Below, piece after piece: positions 8,336 through 16,340 of a stretch of DNA of 25,106 nucleotides. A program made the position numbers and the translations under genes. Under the pieces are notes generated by a model. The model had not been told where the DNA came from. It did not search any database and was given only the letters and a program-made list of their open reading frames with translations. Position 1 is the first letter of the stretch, and each line of letters opens with the position of its first letter. The DNA is taken from IMG/VR virus record IMGVR_UViG_3300042940_000020, positions 1 to 25,106 of that record. The stretch is one strand, 5' to 3'. Source of the DNA: a virus. Taxonomy: Duplodnaviria; Caudoviricetes.

Positions 8336-10221
8336 TGCCTATAACAGTTAAGCATAGTAAGACTTCAGCAATACCTGACGCTGGGGATTCAACCCTAGTA
8401 CAGCCATCCGACTGGAATGCTGACCATACCCTTACTGGGCTTGGCACGATGGCAGAACAGAATGCCAATGCGGTAGCCATTACGGGTGGAACAATATCAG
8501 GGGTGACTATCCCTGCATCCAATGTCACGGGTACGCTAGGCGTAGCTAATGGTGGTACAGGTGCAACAACCCTGACAGGCTATGTCAAGGGCGCAGGAAC
8601 TTCTGCCTTTACAGCATCCTCGACCATTCCCAATACAGACATTACGGGACTAGGCACGGCATCGACTAAAGATGCTGGGGCGGCATTGGGCGTTGCTACC
8701 CTAGATGCTGGCGGTAAAGTACCTGTTAGCGAACTTCCTGCCGCAGTCTTAGGCGCACTTAGCTATCAAGGAACTTGGAATGCAAGCACTAACACCCCTA
8801 CTCTTACTTCCTCTACTGGTACTAAAGGTTATTACTATGTTGTCAGCGTTGCTGGTAATACTAACCTTGATGGGATTACTGATTGGCTTGTGGGCGATTG
8901 GGCGGTATATAACGGCACAGTTTGGCAGAAGGTTGATAACACCGAAACGGTAACCTCGGTCAACGGGCAGACAGGCGCAGTCGTATTAACCACGACCAAT
9001 ATTGCTGAAGGTACAAACCTTTACTACACGGATGCACGGGCTAGGGCTTCTGTAAGTGCTGGAACTGGCATTAGTTATGTTTCAGGTACAGGTGTAATTA
9101 CTAACTCAGCCCCCGACCAAACCGTTGTTTTAAACGCTGGTACAGGAATCAGCACAAGTGGCACTTATCCTAATTTCACTATTACAAATACTAGCCCGTC
9201 TTTAGGTGGTGATGTGGTTGGCCCTGCATCTAGCACAGACAATGCAATAGCCCGTTTTGACACCACCACAGGCAAATTACTGCAAAACAGCGTAGTAACT
9301 GTAGGTGATACAGGCGCAGTTTCAGGCGTTACAACATTAACCGCTTCTACTAGCGTTACAACACCTATCGTTCAAGCTAGTAACTCAGGTGGTTTAGCCC
9401 TTAAAAACTCGGCTGGTACAACCCAAATTAGCATGGGTGGCGGTGGTGGCGATAATGTGTCAATCAATGTAGCTACAAATATCAATGGTGCAAATGCACA
9501 AATTGACATTAGCCCTACGGGTACTGGTCATGTTCACATTAAGCCAACTGGTACAGGTTCGCTTGAAATTGCACCTACAAACGCTGGAACAATAAATAAC
9601 ATGGTTATTGGCGGCACAACGCCTTTAGCTATTACTGGCACAACCATTACGGCTACTAGCTTTGTTGGTTCAGGTGCAAGTCTTACTAATGTGGTTAATT
9701 CATTAGCCGCAAGTACAGGCATTAGCGTATCAGGCTCAACTGGTGCGGTAACTATTACCAATACTGGCGTGACTAGCGTTACAGGTACAGCCCCCGTAGT
9801 GTCAAGCGGTGGCACAACCCCTGCTATAAGCATGGCTAAAGCCACCACTAGCGTAGATGGGTATTTATCTGCCACAGACTTTACAACCTTTAACAACAAA
9901 GGTAACGGAACTGTAACAAGCGTAAGCGGTACAGGCACAGTTTCAGGTATCAGTCTTAGCGGAACAGTTACATCTTCAGGTAACTTAACGCTTGGCGGTA
10001 CATTAGATTTATCTAGCCCCCCTGCTATTGGTGGAACTGCACCAAATACAGTAAATGGAACAGTCTTAAACGCCACTAACGGCATAGTCGTAAACAGCAA
10101 CACTGTATCGGCAAGCTATACGATTCCAAGTGGGTCAAGTGCTATGAGTGCTGGGCCAATGACGGTAGCAAGCGGTCAGACTGTGACTGTATCAAGTGGG
10201 TCACGCTGGGTAGTTCTGTGA
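8335..10221 (+). CDS. Ser/Thr/Gly-rich fibre-like structural protein, 628 aa
   Basis: Carries fibre modules GTLGVANGGTGATT, YQGTWNASTNTPTL, VTSVNGQTGAVVLTTTNIAEGTNLYYT and GTVTSVSGTG. Its C-terminal ...SGSRWVVL is shared with 23216-24079. Confidence 0.75.
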   Translation: MPITVKHSKTSAIPDAGDSTLVQPSDWNADHTLTGLGTMAEQNANAVAITGGTISGVTIPASNVTGTLGVANGGTGATTLTGYVKGAGTSAFTASSTIPNTDITGLGTASTKDAGAALGVATLDAGGKVPVSELPAAVLGALSYQGTWNASTNTPTLTSSTGTKGYYYVVSVAGNTNLDGITDWLVGDWAVYNGTVWQKVDNTETVTSVNGQTGAVVLTTTNIAEGTNLYYTDARARASVSAGTGISYVSGTGVITNSAPDQTVVLNAGTGISTSGTYPNFTITNTSPSLGGDVVGPASSTDNAIARFDTTTGKLLQNSVVTVGDTGAVSGVTTLTASTSVTTPIVQASNSGGLALKNSAGTTQISMGGGGGDNVSINVATNINGANAQIDISPTGTGHVHIKPTGTGSLEIAPTNAGTINNMVIGGTTPLAITGTTITATSFVGSGASLTNVVNSLAASTGISVSGSTGAVTITNTGVTSVTGTAPVVSSGGTTPAISMAKATTSVDGYLSATDFTTFNNKGNGTVTSVSGTGTVSGISLSGTVTSSGNLTLGGTLDLSSPPAIGGTAPNTVNGTVLNATNGIVVNSNTVSASYTIPSGSSAMSAGPMTVASGQTVTVSSGSRWVVL

Positions 10222-10703
10222 GTTTTGCTACCGCTTTCCAAGCTAATGCGTTTCAAGTAAATGCGTTCCAAATCTATATACCGCCTACACCCACAGATAC
10301 AAAAGCTGGTGGCGATGATGCGACATGGACTGAGGATGATTTAAAGAGATTACGCAAGCTATCCGCAAAGATAGCGGAAAGACAGCGCAAACTAGATCAA
10401 GCAACCAAAGACGCTAAAGCAGAACGCAAGCAAGCGTTTAAGGAACAAATTGATCCAACGCCTGTTGCAAAAGTTAAGAAAGCTAAAGTACAATCCAAAC
10501 AAGAGGTTAAGGCTGATATACCGTCAGACGATACACTAGATTTACAGCGGTCTATAAGCTACCTTGAAAGACAACGGGATAACATCCTTGAGGCAGTAGC
10601 TTACAGACACCAGCAATATCTCATCCAAGAGCAATTGCGAGTAATGGAAGCCAAACGCCAAGAGGAACTTGACGATGAGGCGGCATTATTACTACTTCTG
10701 TAA
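10218..10703 (+). CDS. Hypothetical coiled-coil protein, 161 aa
   Basis: GTGA overlap start; N-terminal AFQ repeated three times (AFQANAFQVNAFQ); ends DDEAALLLLL. Confidence 0.75.
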   Translation: MSFATAFQANAFQVNAFQIYIPPTPTDTKAGGDDATWTEDDLKRLRKLSAKIAERQRKLDQATKDAKAERKQAFKEQIDPTPVAKVKKAKVQSKQEVKADIPSDDTLDLQRSISYLERQRDNILEAVAYRHQQYLIQEQLRVMEAKRQEELDDEAALLLLL

Positions 10704-11593
10704 GTGCAGACGCACAATATAAATTAGCTTACGAACACCTACACGCTGGCAGATACGAGTCAGGTTTTAGGTTATTTGAATACCGTTGGCATCCTGAGAT
10801 TATTGCCAAGCAAGCCCAGCCATACGCACCAGCGTTAAAGATGCCCGTATGGAGAGGTGAACCATTAATCAATAAATCCATTACCGTACAGATGGAGCAA
10901 GGGTTTGGTGACATTCTTATGTTTGCCCGATTCCTACCTGCCCTAAAAGCGTTAGGCGCAAAGCAGGTCGTAGTCTTACAGGAAGGCACACTTCACCACC
11001 TTTTAGGTCAATTACACAGCGTAGATGTGTTTAGTAATGACTTAACAGAGGGTGCGGCAACCCAATCAGACTACTGGATAGGGTCAATGTCGCTCCCGTA
11101 CTATATTTCGTTATCCCACCCGTTAGTCAAGGCTATGTTCCCAGTGACCCGTAAGAAGATTGTGGGTTCAGAGGGCTATTTACACGCCCTGCCTAGCAAT
11201 ATTCCACCCAAAATCGGGGTAAATTGGGAAGCAAGCAAGCAAACCCTGTACTACATCAAGTCAATTGACTACCGACACATGGCAGAACTGGTCGGTGATG
11301 ACGCATATAGCCTAAATCCTAACTCCGATGGTCTATTTCACCCCCTGCCTGACGATGGTTGGAAGAAAAACTGGGTGCAAACCGCCTCGCATATGAAGGC
11401 GATGAAGGGAATTGTGACCGTAGACACAGGAACAGCGCATTTAGCTGGCGCATTAGGCGTTAAATGCGTGGTTTTACTACCTAAAGAGGAATTTGTCTGT
11501 TGGCGGTGGAAGAATGCCCGCTGGTATGACAGCGTTTGCCTACTTAGACCCGAAGAATACGACCAATTACCTGACATCATAAGGAGAATGTAA
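10688..11593 (+). CDS. GT-B glycosyltransferase (GT9/heptosyltransferase-like) with an N-terminal TPR-like helix; first ATG at 10841 but the frame is open from 10679
   Basis: EQGFGDILMFARFLP and VTVDTGTAHLAGALG motifs. The upstream in-frame segment encodes YKLAYEHLHAGRYESGFRLFEYRW, resembling the GxYxxGWxxYEWRW motif of TPR-GT9 proteins. The start shown (ATT 10688) is an inference. Confidence 0.75.
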   Translation: MTTSVSADAQYKLAYEHLHAGRYESGFRLFEYRWHPEIIAKQAQPYAPALKMPVWRGEPLINKSITVQMEQGFGDILMFARFLPALKALGAKQVVVLQEGTLHHLLGQLHSVDVFSNDLTEGAATQSDYWIGSMSLPYYISLSHPLVKAMFPVTRKKIVGSEGYLHALPSNIPPKIGVNWEASKQTLYYIKSIDYRHMAELVGDDAYSLNPNSDGLFHPLPDDGWKKNWVQTASHMKAMKGIVTVDTGTAHLAGALGVKCVVLLPKEEFVCWRWKNARWYDSVCLLRPEEYDQLPDIIRRM

Positions 11594-11991
11594 TGGCTTT
11601 AGTCAAAGTCACCGTTAAATGCCCGCATTGCAAGGTCGATCACGAAGAATATGACCAAAGCAAGTTTGATGACCGTGAAAAGTACCTAGCGTATTGGAAT
11701 CTACCTTTTGAGGGCGAGGAAGCTGACAAGGCATGGCAAGCAAAGCTGGAGATGACACCCAAGGAAGCCCCAACGGTGATACCTGATATTGAGGGTCACA
11801 TAAGCATGGCAGACGGCACATGGGTATCTAGCCGTTCTAAGCATCGTGAGAACCTAAAGCGCAACAATTGCATCGAACTAGGCAACGATGTGCCTACACA
11901 ACAGAAAACCCATGAATTTAGCCGTAAAGACCAAGAAGCCCGTAAACGGCAGATTGCTGAAATAGCGTATTCAAAACTTAACTATAGATAG
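11593..11991 (+). CDS. Hypothetical protein, 132 aa, with one CxxC (FmdB-like zinc-ribbon remnant)
   Basis: AAGGAG RBS and TAATG overlap; CPHC near the N-terminus; PDIEGHISMADGTWVSSRSKHRENLKRNNCIELGND. Confidence 0.7.
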   Translation: MALVKVTVKCPHCKVDHEEYDQSKFDDREKYLAYWNLPFEGEEADKAWQAKLEMTPKEAPTVIPDIEGHISMADGTWVSSRSKHRENLKRNNCIELGNDVPTQQKTHEFSRKDQEARKRQIAEIAYSKLNYR

Positions 11992-11999
11992 GGAAAACC

Positions 12000-13094
12000 A
12001 TGTCAGATGACCGCAGAGAGTTACTGGAAGCCGCACTAGAGCAAGCCGAAGAAGGCACACTTGAAGCACCTGAAGAAAAGGAGATTGAAGTAAATGACGA
12101 TCCAATCGAAGCCGAAAGCAGTGAAGAAAGTAGCGAAGAAAGTCCTGACCGTGACGAAAAAGGTCGCTTCAAAGCCAAGGAAGCCAGCGCAGAAGTCGAT
12201 AGCGAAACCGATATCGTTGAAGAACCTGACAGCGTGGGACAAGTTCCTGCTGTGGCTGAAGAAGTAAAACGCCCAACTACATGGAAAAAAGAGTATGTAG
12301 AAATTTGGAACAAGATGGAAAAGGGCGAACAGCTAAACAAAGAGGATTTCGTTAAGTTTGCTGAATACGCTAACCAGCGTGAAGCCGAGTACAAGAAGGG
12401 CGTATCTGCCTACAAAGCCGAAGCCGACAACGCTAGACAGCTAACCGAAGCAATTGGCCCATTCGTTCCTGAACTACAAAAGCACGGCATTCACCCAGTA
12501 GCTTGGATACAGAGTTTAGGTCGGGCGCACTACACGCTGGCTAATGGAACATACGAACAGAAGCTACAAGCGTTTAATAGACTTGCACAAGATTATGGAA
12601 TACAATTAAATTCAGATAGCTTACAAATGCCTGAACAGGCGTATGTAGACCCGTATCAACAGCAGTTAATGCAACAGCTACAAGCAACACAACAGCAGGT
12701 GCAACAATTGTCAGCGATTCGGGAGCAAGAAGAAAATGCTCGTTTGATGTCAGAAATTGAACGGGTAAGTAGTAACAAGGAGCGGTTTCCGCACTTTGAC
12801 ATGGTAAGGGAAGATATGGCTCAATTACTTGAGCGGGGTATAGCCCAAGACCTTGAAACGGCTTATGCCAAAGCAGTGCGTATAAACGATGAAGCGTACA
12901 AACTGGATCAGGAACGACTCCTGAAGTCAGCAAGTACCCAAGCATCTAAGGCACAGCAAGTAGCAAAAGCTAAAGCAACTGCTGTTAGTCCGAAGTCCGT
13001 TACTCCTAGCGGGCAGGTGTCTAAGACAGATGCAAAGGACAGACGCTCAATGCTAATGGCTCAAATAGCCGAAGCAGAAAGCGGTAGGGTTTAA
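12000..13094 (+). CDS. Capsid scaffolding protein
   Basis: Very acidic disordered N-terminus with RDEKGRF, a helical Gln-rich core and a basic tail helix; directly upstream of the major capsid gene. Confidence 0.8.
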   Translation: MSDDRRELLEAALEQAEEGTLEAPEEKEIEVNDDPIEAESSEESSEESPDRDEKGRFKAKEASAEVDSETDIVEEPDSVGQVPAVAEEVKRPTTWKKEYVEIWNKMEKGEQLNKEDFVKFAEYANQREAEYKKGVSAYKAEADNARQLTEAIGPFVPELQKHGIHPVAWIQSLGRAHYTLANGTYEQKLQAFNRLAQDYGIQLNSDSLQMPEQAYVDPYQQQLMQQLQATQQQVQQLSAIREQEENARLMSEIERVSSNKERFPHFDMVREDMAQLLERGIAQDLETAYAKAVRINDEAYKLDQERLLKSASTQASKAQQVAKAKATAVSPKSVTPSGQVSKTDAKDRRSMLMAQIAEAESGRV

Positions 13095-13117
13095 CTTAAC
13101 TTAATAAAGGAAATATC

Positions 13118-13331
13118 ATGGCATTTGCTAATAGTGCAATTACCGATATTATCGCTACTACCATTCAAAGCCGTAGCGGAGTATTGGCAGACAACTTGAC
13201 GCAGAACAATGCAGTTCTACAGCGTCTTAACTCAAAGGGTAATGTACGCCCATTCTCAGGTGGTAATGTAATCCTTGAAGAAATCATGTACAACGATCCT
13301 TCGACCAACAATGTTAATTCGTATAGTGGGT
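13118..13331 (+). CDS. Major capsid protein, exon 1 (71 codons plus 1 nt)
   Basis: AAAGGAAA RBS; MAFANSAITDIIATTIQSRSGVLADNLTQNNAVLQRL...FSGGNVILEEIMY is an MCP N-terminus. It ends ...AGT GGG T at the U.G splice site. Confidence 0.9.
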
Positions 13332-13611
13332 TGACTTCTAGCCCCTTCATTAATTTGCATTAAGCAAGTTTTTGTAGCAAATGGGATGAATTCGGTGGAA
13401 ACCTTTAAATTTAGGTGAGTTTAAAGATAATACCGAGCCAAGCTGTGTATGTAACCCGAAAGGGCTAGGGACACAGAAGGTGTAACGACTAGGGGTCGAG
13501 AGAAATCAGTAATACCCCCACGAGCCTCCCACCCGAAAGGGATGATATAGTCTGAACAGTATGGTGACATACTGAAGTAGCGGATAAAGAGCCACTACGA
13601 TAACAAAATTG
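13332..13611 (+). ncRNA. Group I self-splicing intron, 280 nt, no ORF (IA-like: extra P7.1 hairpin between P7 and P3')
   Basis: P1: exon GGGU (13328-31) pairs with GCCC (13341-44) via a U.G wobble. P10: ACUUC (13334-38) pairs with 3'-exon GAAGU (13614-18). P3: UGGGA 13382-86 / UCCCA 13527-31. P4: UUCGGU 13391-96 / ACCGAG 13432-37. P5: CUUUAAAU / GUUUAAAG. P6a: CUGUGU / ACACAG. P7: GACUA 13487-91 / UAGUC 13548-52 within AUGAUAUAGUCU. P7.1: GGGGU / ACCCC. P8: CCC-GAAA-GGG. P9: CAGUAUG-GUGA-CAUACUG. Terminal G at 13611. Confidence 0.95.
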
Positions 13612-14378
13612 ACGAAGTATTAAACATCACCCCTGATAGCCCAATCTCTGCGGCACAGTTCAGCATTACTCAGTACGCTGACTCTGTAACAATGAGTGGT
13701 CTAGAAATGCTCCAAAACTCAAGCAAAGAAGCAATCATTGACCTGTTAGATGGTCGTATGCAAGTTTCTGAAGCCCGTCTTTTGAACCGCATTTCGGGTG
13801 ACATTTATGGTGACGGTACAGGTAACGGTGGTAAGAACATTACTGGTTTAGCGGCCGCTGTTGCTGTTGCTAACACAACTGGTACATACGGTGGTATCAA
13901 TCGTGCAAACTGGACATTTTGGCAAAACCAATCTTCCACAGGTGCAGATTCTTCTTCCTTGATCCAAGCCGCTATGACTTCAGCCGCAATCAAGTCCGTT
14001 CGTGGAACTGATAAGGTAGACCTCATCATCGCTGGTAACACCCTGTATCAACGCTATGTTGCATCCTTACAAGCTATCCAGCGTATTGCTGGTGTAGACG
14101 AAGGTGCGGCTGGCTTTGCTTCCTTGAAGTTCTACGGTGGTGGTATGTCTGCCGATGTTGTACTCGGTGGTGGTATTGGCGCACAAGAGAATCCGCTTTA
14201 TATGTATCTCTTGAACACCAACTACATTTTCTTCCGCCCACACAAAGAGCGTAATTTCGTTCCTATCGGTGGTGAGCGTCAATCGATTAACCAAGATGCA
14301 ATCGTGAAGCTGTATGGCTGGGCTGGTAACCTTACCTGCTCTAATGCTTCATTGCAAGGCATCTTGTCAGGCACTTAA
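13612..14378 (+). CDS. Major capsid protein, exon 2 (spliced CDS 981 nt, 326 aa)
   Basis: The junction T|AC restores Tyr: ...NSYSG-Y-EVLNITPDSPISAAQFSITQYADSVTMSGLEMLQNS..., in frame with ORF 13692-14378. Contains MCP motifs YGDGTGNGGKNITGL and YGGINRANWTFWQN. Confidence 0.92.
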
Positions 14379-14405
14379 TCCACTGATTAGAAAAGGAAAA
14401 TTATC

Positions 14406-14699
14406 ATGGCATATACAACTCTCCCCATCGCTGGCGTAGACTTGGATGGTGTTGCTTACACCAACTCAAACTCCGCTGGCACAGCAATTCCTACCATTGG
14501 GCCACTCGGTCTACAGACTTTTGCAAATAATGGCTTACGCTATGTATTCGCACAAGCTGGTGTAGCAATTGCCGCATCAACCGCTACTTGCGTAATCAAC
14601 GCTTCCACATTCCAAGTTACCTTGGGTGCTGGTACATACTTGTCAGGTGCTTCTATGGCATCGGGCGATTATGGTTGGTTCAGTAAGGCTAGTGTTTAA
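14406..14699 (+). CDS. Capsid decoration/cement protein (putative), 97 aa
   Basis: Directly follows MCP with a near-identical initiation region (AAAGGAAA..TATCATGGCAT); small, beta-rich, ends GDYGWF. Confidence 0.6.
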   Translation: MAYTTLPIAGVDLDGVAYTNSNSAGTAIPTIGPLGLQTFANNGLRYVFAQAGVAIAASTATCVINASTFQVTLGAGTYLSGASMASGDYGWFSKASV

Positions 14700-14721
14700 T
14701 AGCTTTTTGTAGTAAAAACGG

Positions 14722-14751
14722 GGGGTTACCTTAATTGGTAGCCCCTTTTTT
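14722..14751 (+). terminator. Rho-independent terminator after the capsid operon
   Basis: GGGGTTACC-TTAATT-GGTAGCCCC hairpin (one G.U pair) followed by TTTTTT; an A-run lies upstream. Confidence 0.85.
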
Positions 14752-14786
14752 CCTTTTAACAACCTAATACCTTAGGAGAATTAAAA

Positions 14787-15434
14787 ATGGCATTACCTTC
14801 AGATGAAAACAACGCAGACAGCCGTTTACAGGTTCGTTTCTACAAGCGACCCGTACAACAGGAACATGAATCCCTAGAAGCTGGCAGACCAATATTTAAA
14901 GAGTTCGACTTTGTACACATCTGTGTAGCTGGCGATACCCTGACCGAGATCGATACTTATGCGCTACCTAGCCATAAGACCCGTTTTCCGATCCAGTGGG
15001 CTAACTACATGAACCGTGTGGGCGCAAACGAACCTGATATTGTCGGCACTCCCGTATCGGAATGGCCTATTGTTTCAAAAAGCCAAGCCGAGGAGTTAAG
15101 GGCATTGAAGTTCCACACTGTTGAAGCGATTGCACACGCATCTGACCTACAGTTACAGCGCATGGGTATGGCGGCAGGAATGTCACCTTATGCGTTCCGT
15201 GACAAGGCAAAGGCATTTTTAAATCTAGCTATCAATGCGGCAGAAACCGATAAGCGTGAAAGCGAAATCAATTCTTTGAAAGAAGAACTTGCCAAAAAGG
15301 ACTTAGAAACTGCTAAAATAAAAGCAGAAACAGATGCGAAGCTGGCTCAAATGCAGGATCAGATGGCCGCTATACTTGCCGCTGTTGGTGAAAAGAAATC
15401 CCGTAAAAAAGCGGTAGCCACAGAGGAAGCCTAA
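14787..15434 (+). CDS. Conserved phage hypothetical protein with a C-terminal coiled coil, 215 aa
   Basis: AGGAG RBS; GTPVSEWP...ELRALKFHTVEAIAHASD helical motif; coiled-coil tail. Confidence 0.75.
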   Translation: MALPSDENNADSRLQVRFYKRPVQQEHESLEAGRPIFKEFDFVHICVAGDTLTEIDTYALPSHKTRFPIQWANYMNRVGANEPDIVGTPVSEWPIVSKSQAEELRALKFHTVEAIAHASDLQLQRMGMAAGMSPYAFRDKAKAFLNLAINAAETDKRESEINSLKEELAKKDLETAKIKAETDAKLAQMQDQMAAILAAVGEKKSRKKAVATEEA

Positions 15435-15435
15435 T

Positions 15436-16338
15436 ATGTCATACACCATGCTCCAGTTAGTCCAGCAAGTCACCGCTGAACTAAACTTAGCCGTTCCTAC
15501 CTATGTAGCAGGTAACACCAATCAGGATGTGCAACAAGTCCTAGCGTTGATGAACCGTGCTGGGTTTGACTTGGTTAAGGAGCATGATTGGCAAGCCTTG
15601 GAACTGGAGTACCGTTTCTACACCACAGCAATTACTACTACCTGCGACACCATCAACAATACCTACAACCTATTGAATGTGGGTAATGTCACGGGTCTAA
15701 ACAGCAATTACTCAGTAGTCGGTACTAATGTTCCACAAGATACTTATGTAAGTAGCGTAGCAGGGTCTACCGTAACTGTTAGCCAGCTTGCATCGGCAAC
15801 CAGCATCGGTGGAACTGTTACCTTCTCACAGACCAAGTATCCATTGCCCCCTGACTTTGAAACCATTACGGACAACACTCACTGGGACAAGACAAAACAC
15901 TGGCAGATGCTTGGGCCTGAAGATGCTCAACAATGGCAGTGGCTAAAGTCGGGATATATCTCAACAGGCCCACGGATTCGCTGGCGTATCTTAGGCAGTC
16001 AGTTCCAAATTTGGCCACCCTACAACACACAGGAATATTTAGGTTTTGAGTATCGTTCTAAGGGCTGGGCTAGAAGTGCCGCTGGAGCAGTCAAAAACAG
16101 CTTTACCGTTGATACCGATACGACTGTATTGGATGACACCGTATTAGTCTTAGCTACAAAACTCAAGTATTTTCAGATTAAGTCGTTCGATACTACTGCA
16201 CTGCAACAAGATTATATGCGCTACCTTAGTGTCGCTAAAGCTAACGACAAAGGCTCTGCTACCCTATCGTTTGCACCGTACCCAAGCAAGGTGCTTATTG
16301 GTTACGCCAATATTCCTGACACAGGCTACGGTAGCTAA
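15436..16338 (+). CDS. Head-tail adaptor / tail tubular protein A-like
   Basis: Position after the capsid block; N-terminal MLQLVQQVTAEL helix and YPLPPDF motif; carries an inserted Thr-rich beta domain. Confidence 0.6.
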   Translation: MSYTMLQLVQQVTAELNLAVPTYVAGNTNQDVQQVLALMNRAGFDLVKEHDWQALELEYRFYTTAITTTCDTINNTYNLLNVGNVTGLNSNYSVVGTNVPQDTYVSSVAGSTVTVSQLASATSIGGTVTFSQTKYPLPPDFETITDNTHWDKTKHWQMLGPEDAQQWQWLKSGYISTGPRIRWRILGSQFQIWPPYNTQEYLGFEYRSKGWARSAAGAVKNSFTVDTDTTVLDDTVLVLATKLKYFQIKSFDTTALQQDYMRYLSVAKANDKGSATLSFAPYPSKVLIGYANIPDTGYGS

Positions 16339-16340
16339 CT

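Noticed and set aside
13091-13104. TTAAC TTAAC TTAA short repeat before the capsid RBS
   Set aside because: It is too short and AT-rich to support an operator call, and is likely just an unstructured translation enhancer.
13118-13363. 81-aa ORF and 228-aa ORF (13692-14378) as two separate genes or a capsid pseudogene
   Set aside because: A complete group I intron structure with exact frame restoration explains both fragments as exons of one gene.
13332-13611. tRNA, riboswitch, group II intron or terminator cluster as the explanation for the hairpins
   Set aside because: There is no cloverleaf or T-loop and no GUGYG...AY ends or domain V. The hairpins map onto group I P-elements with the canonical P7 core.
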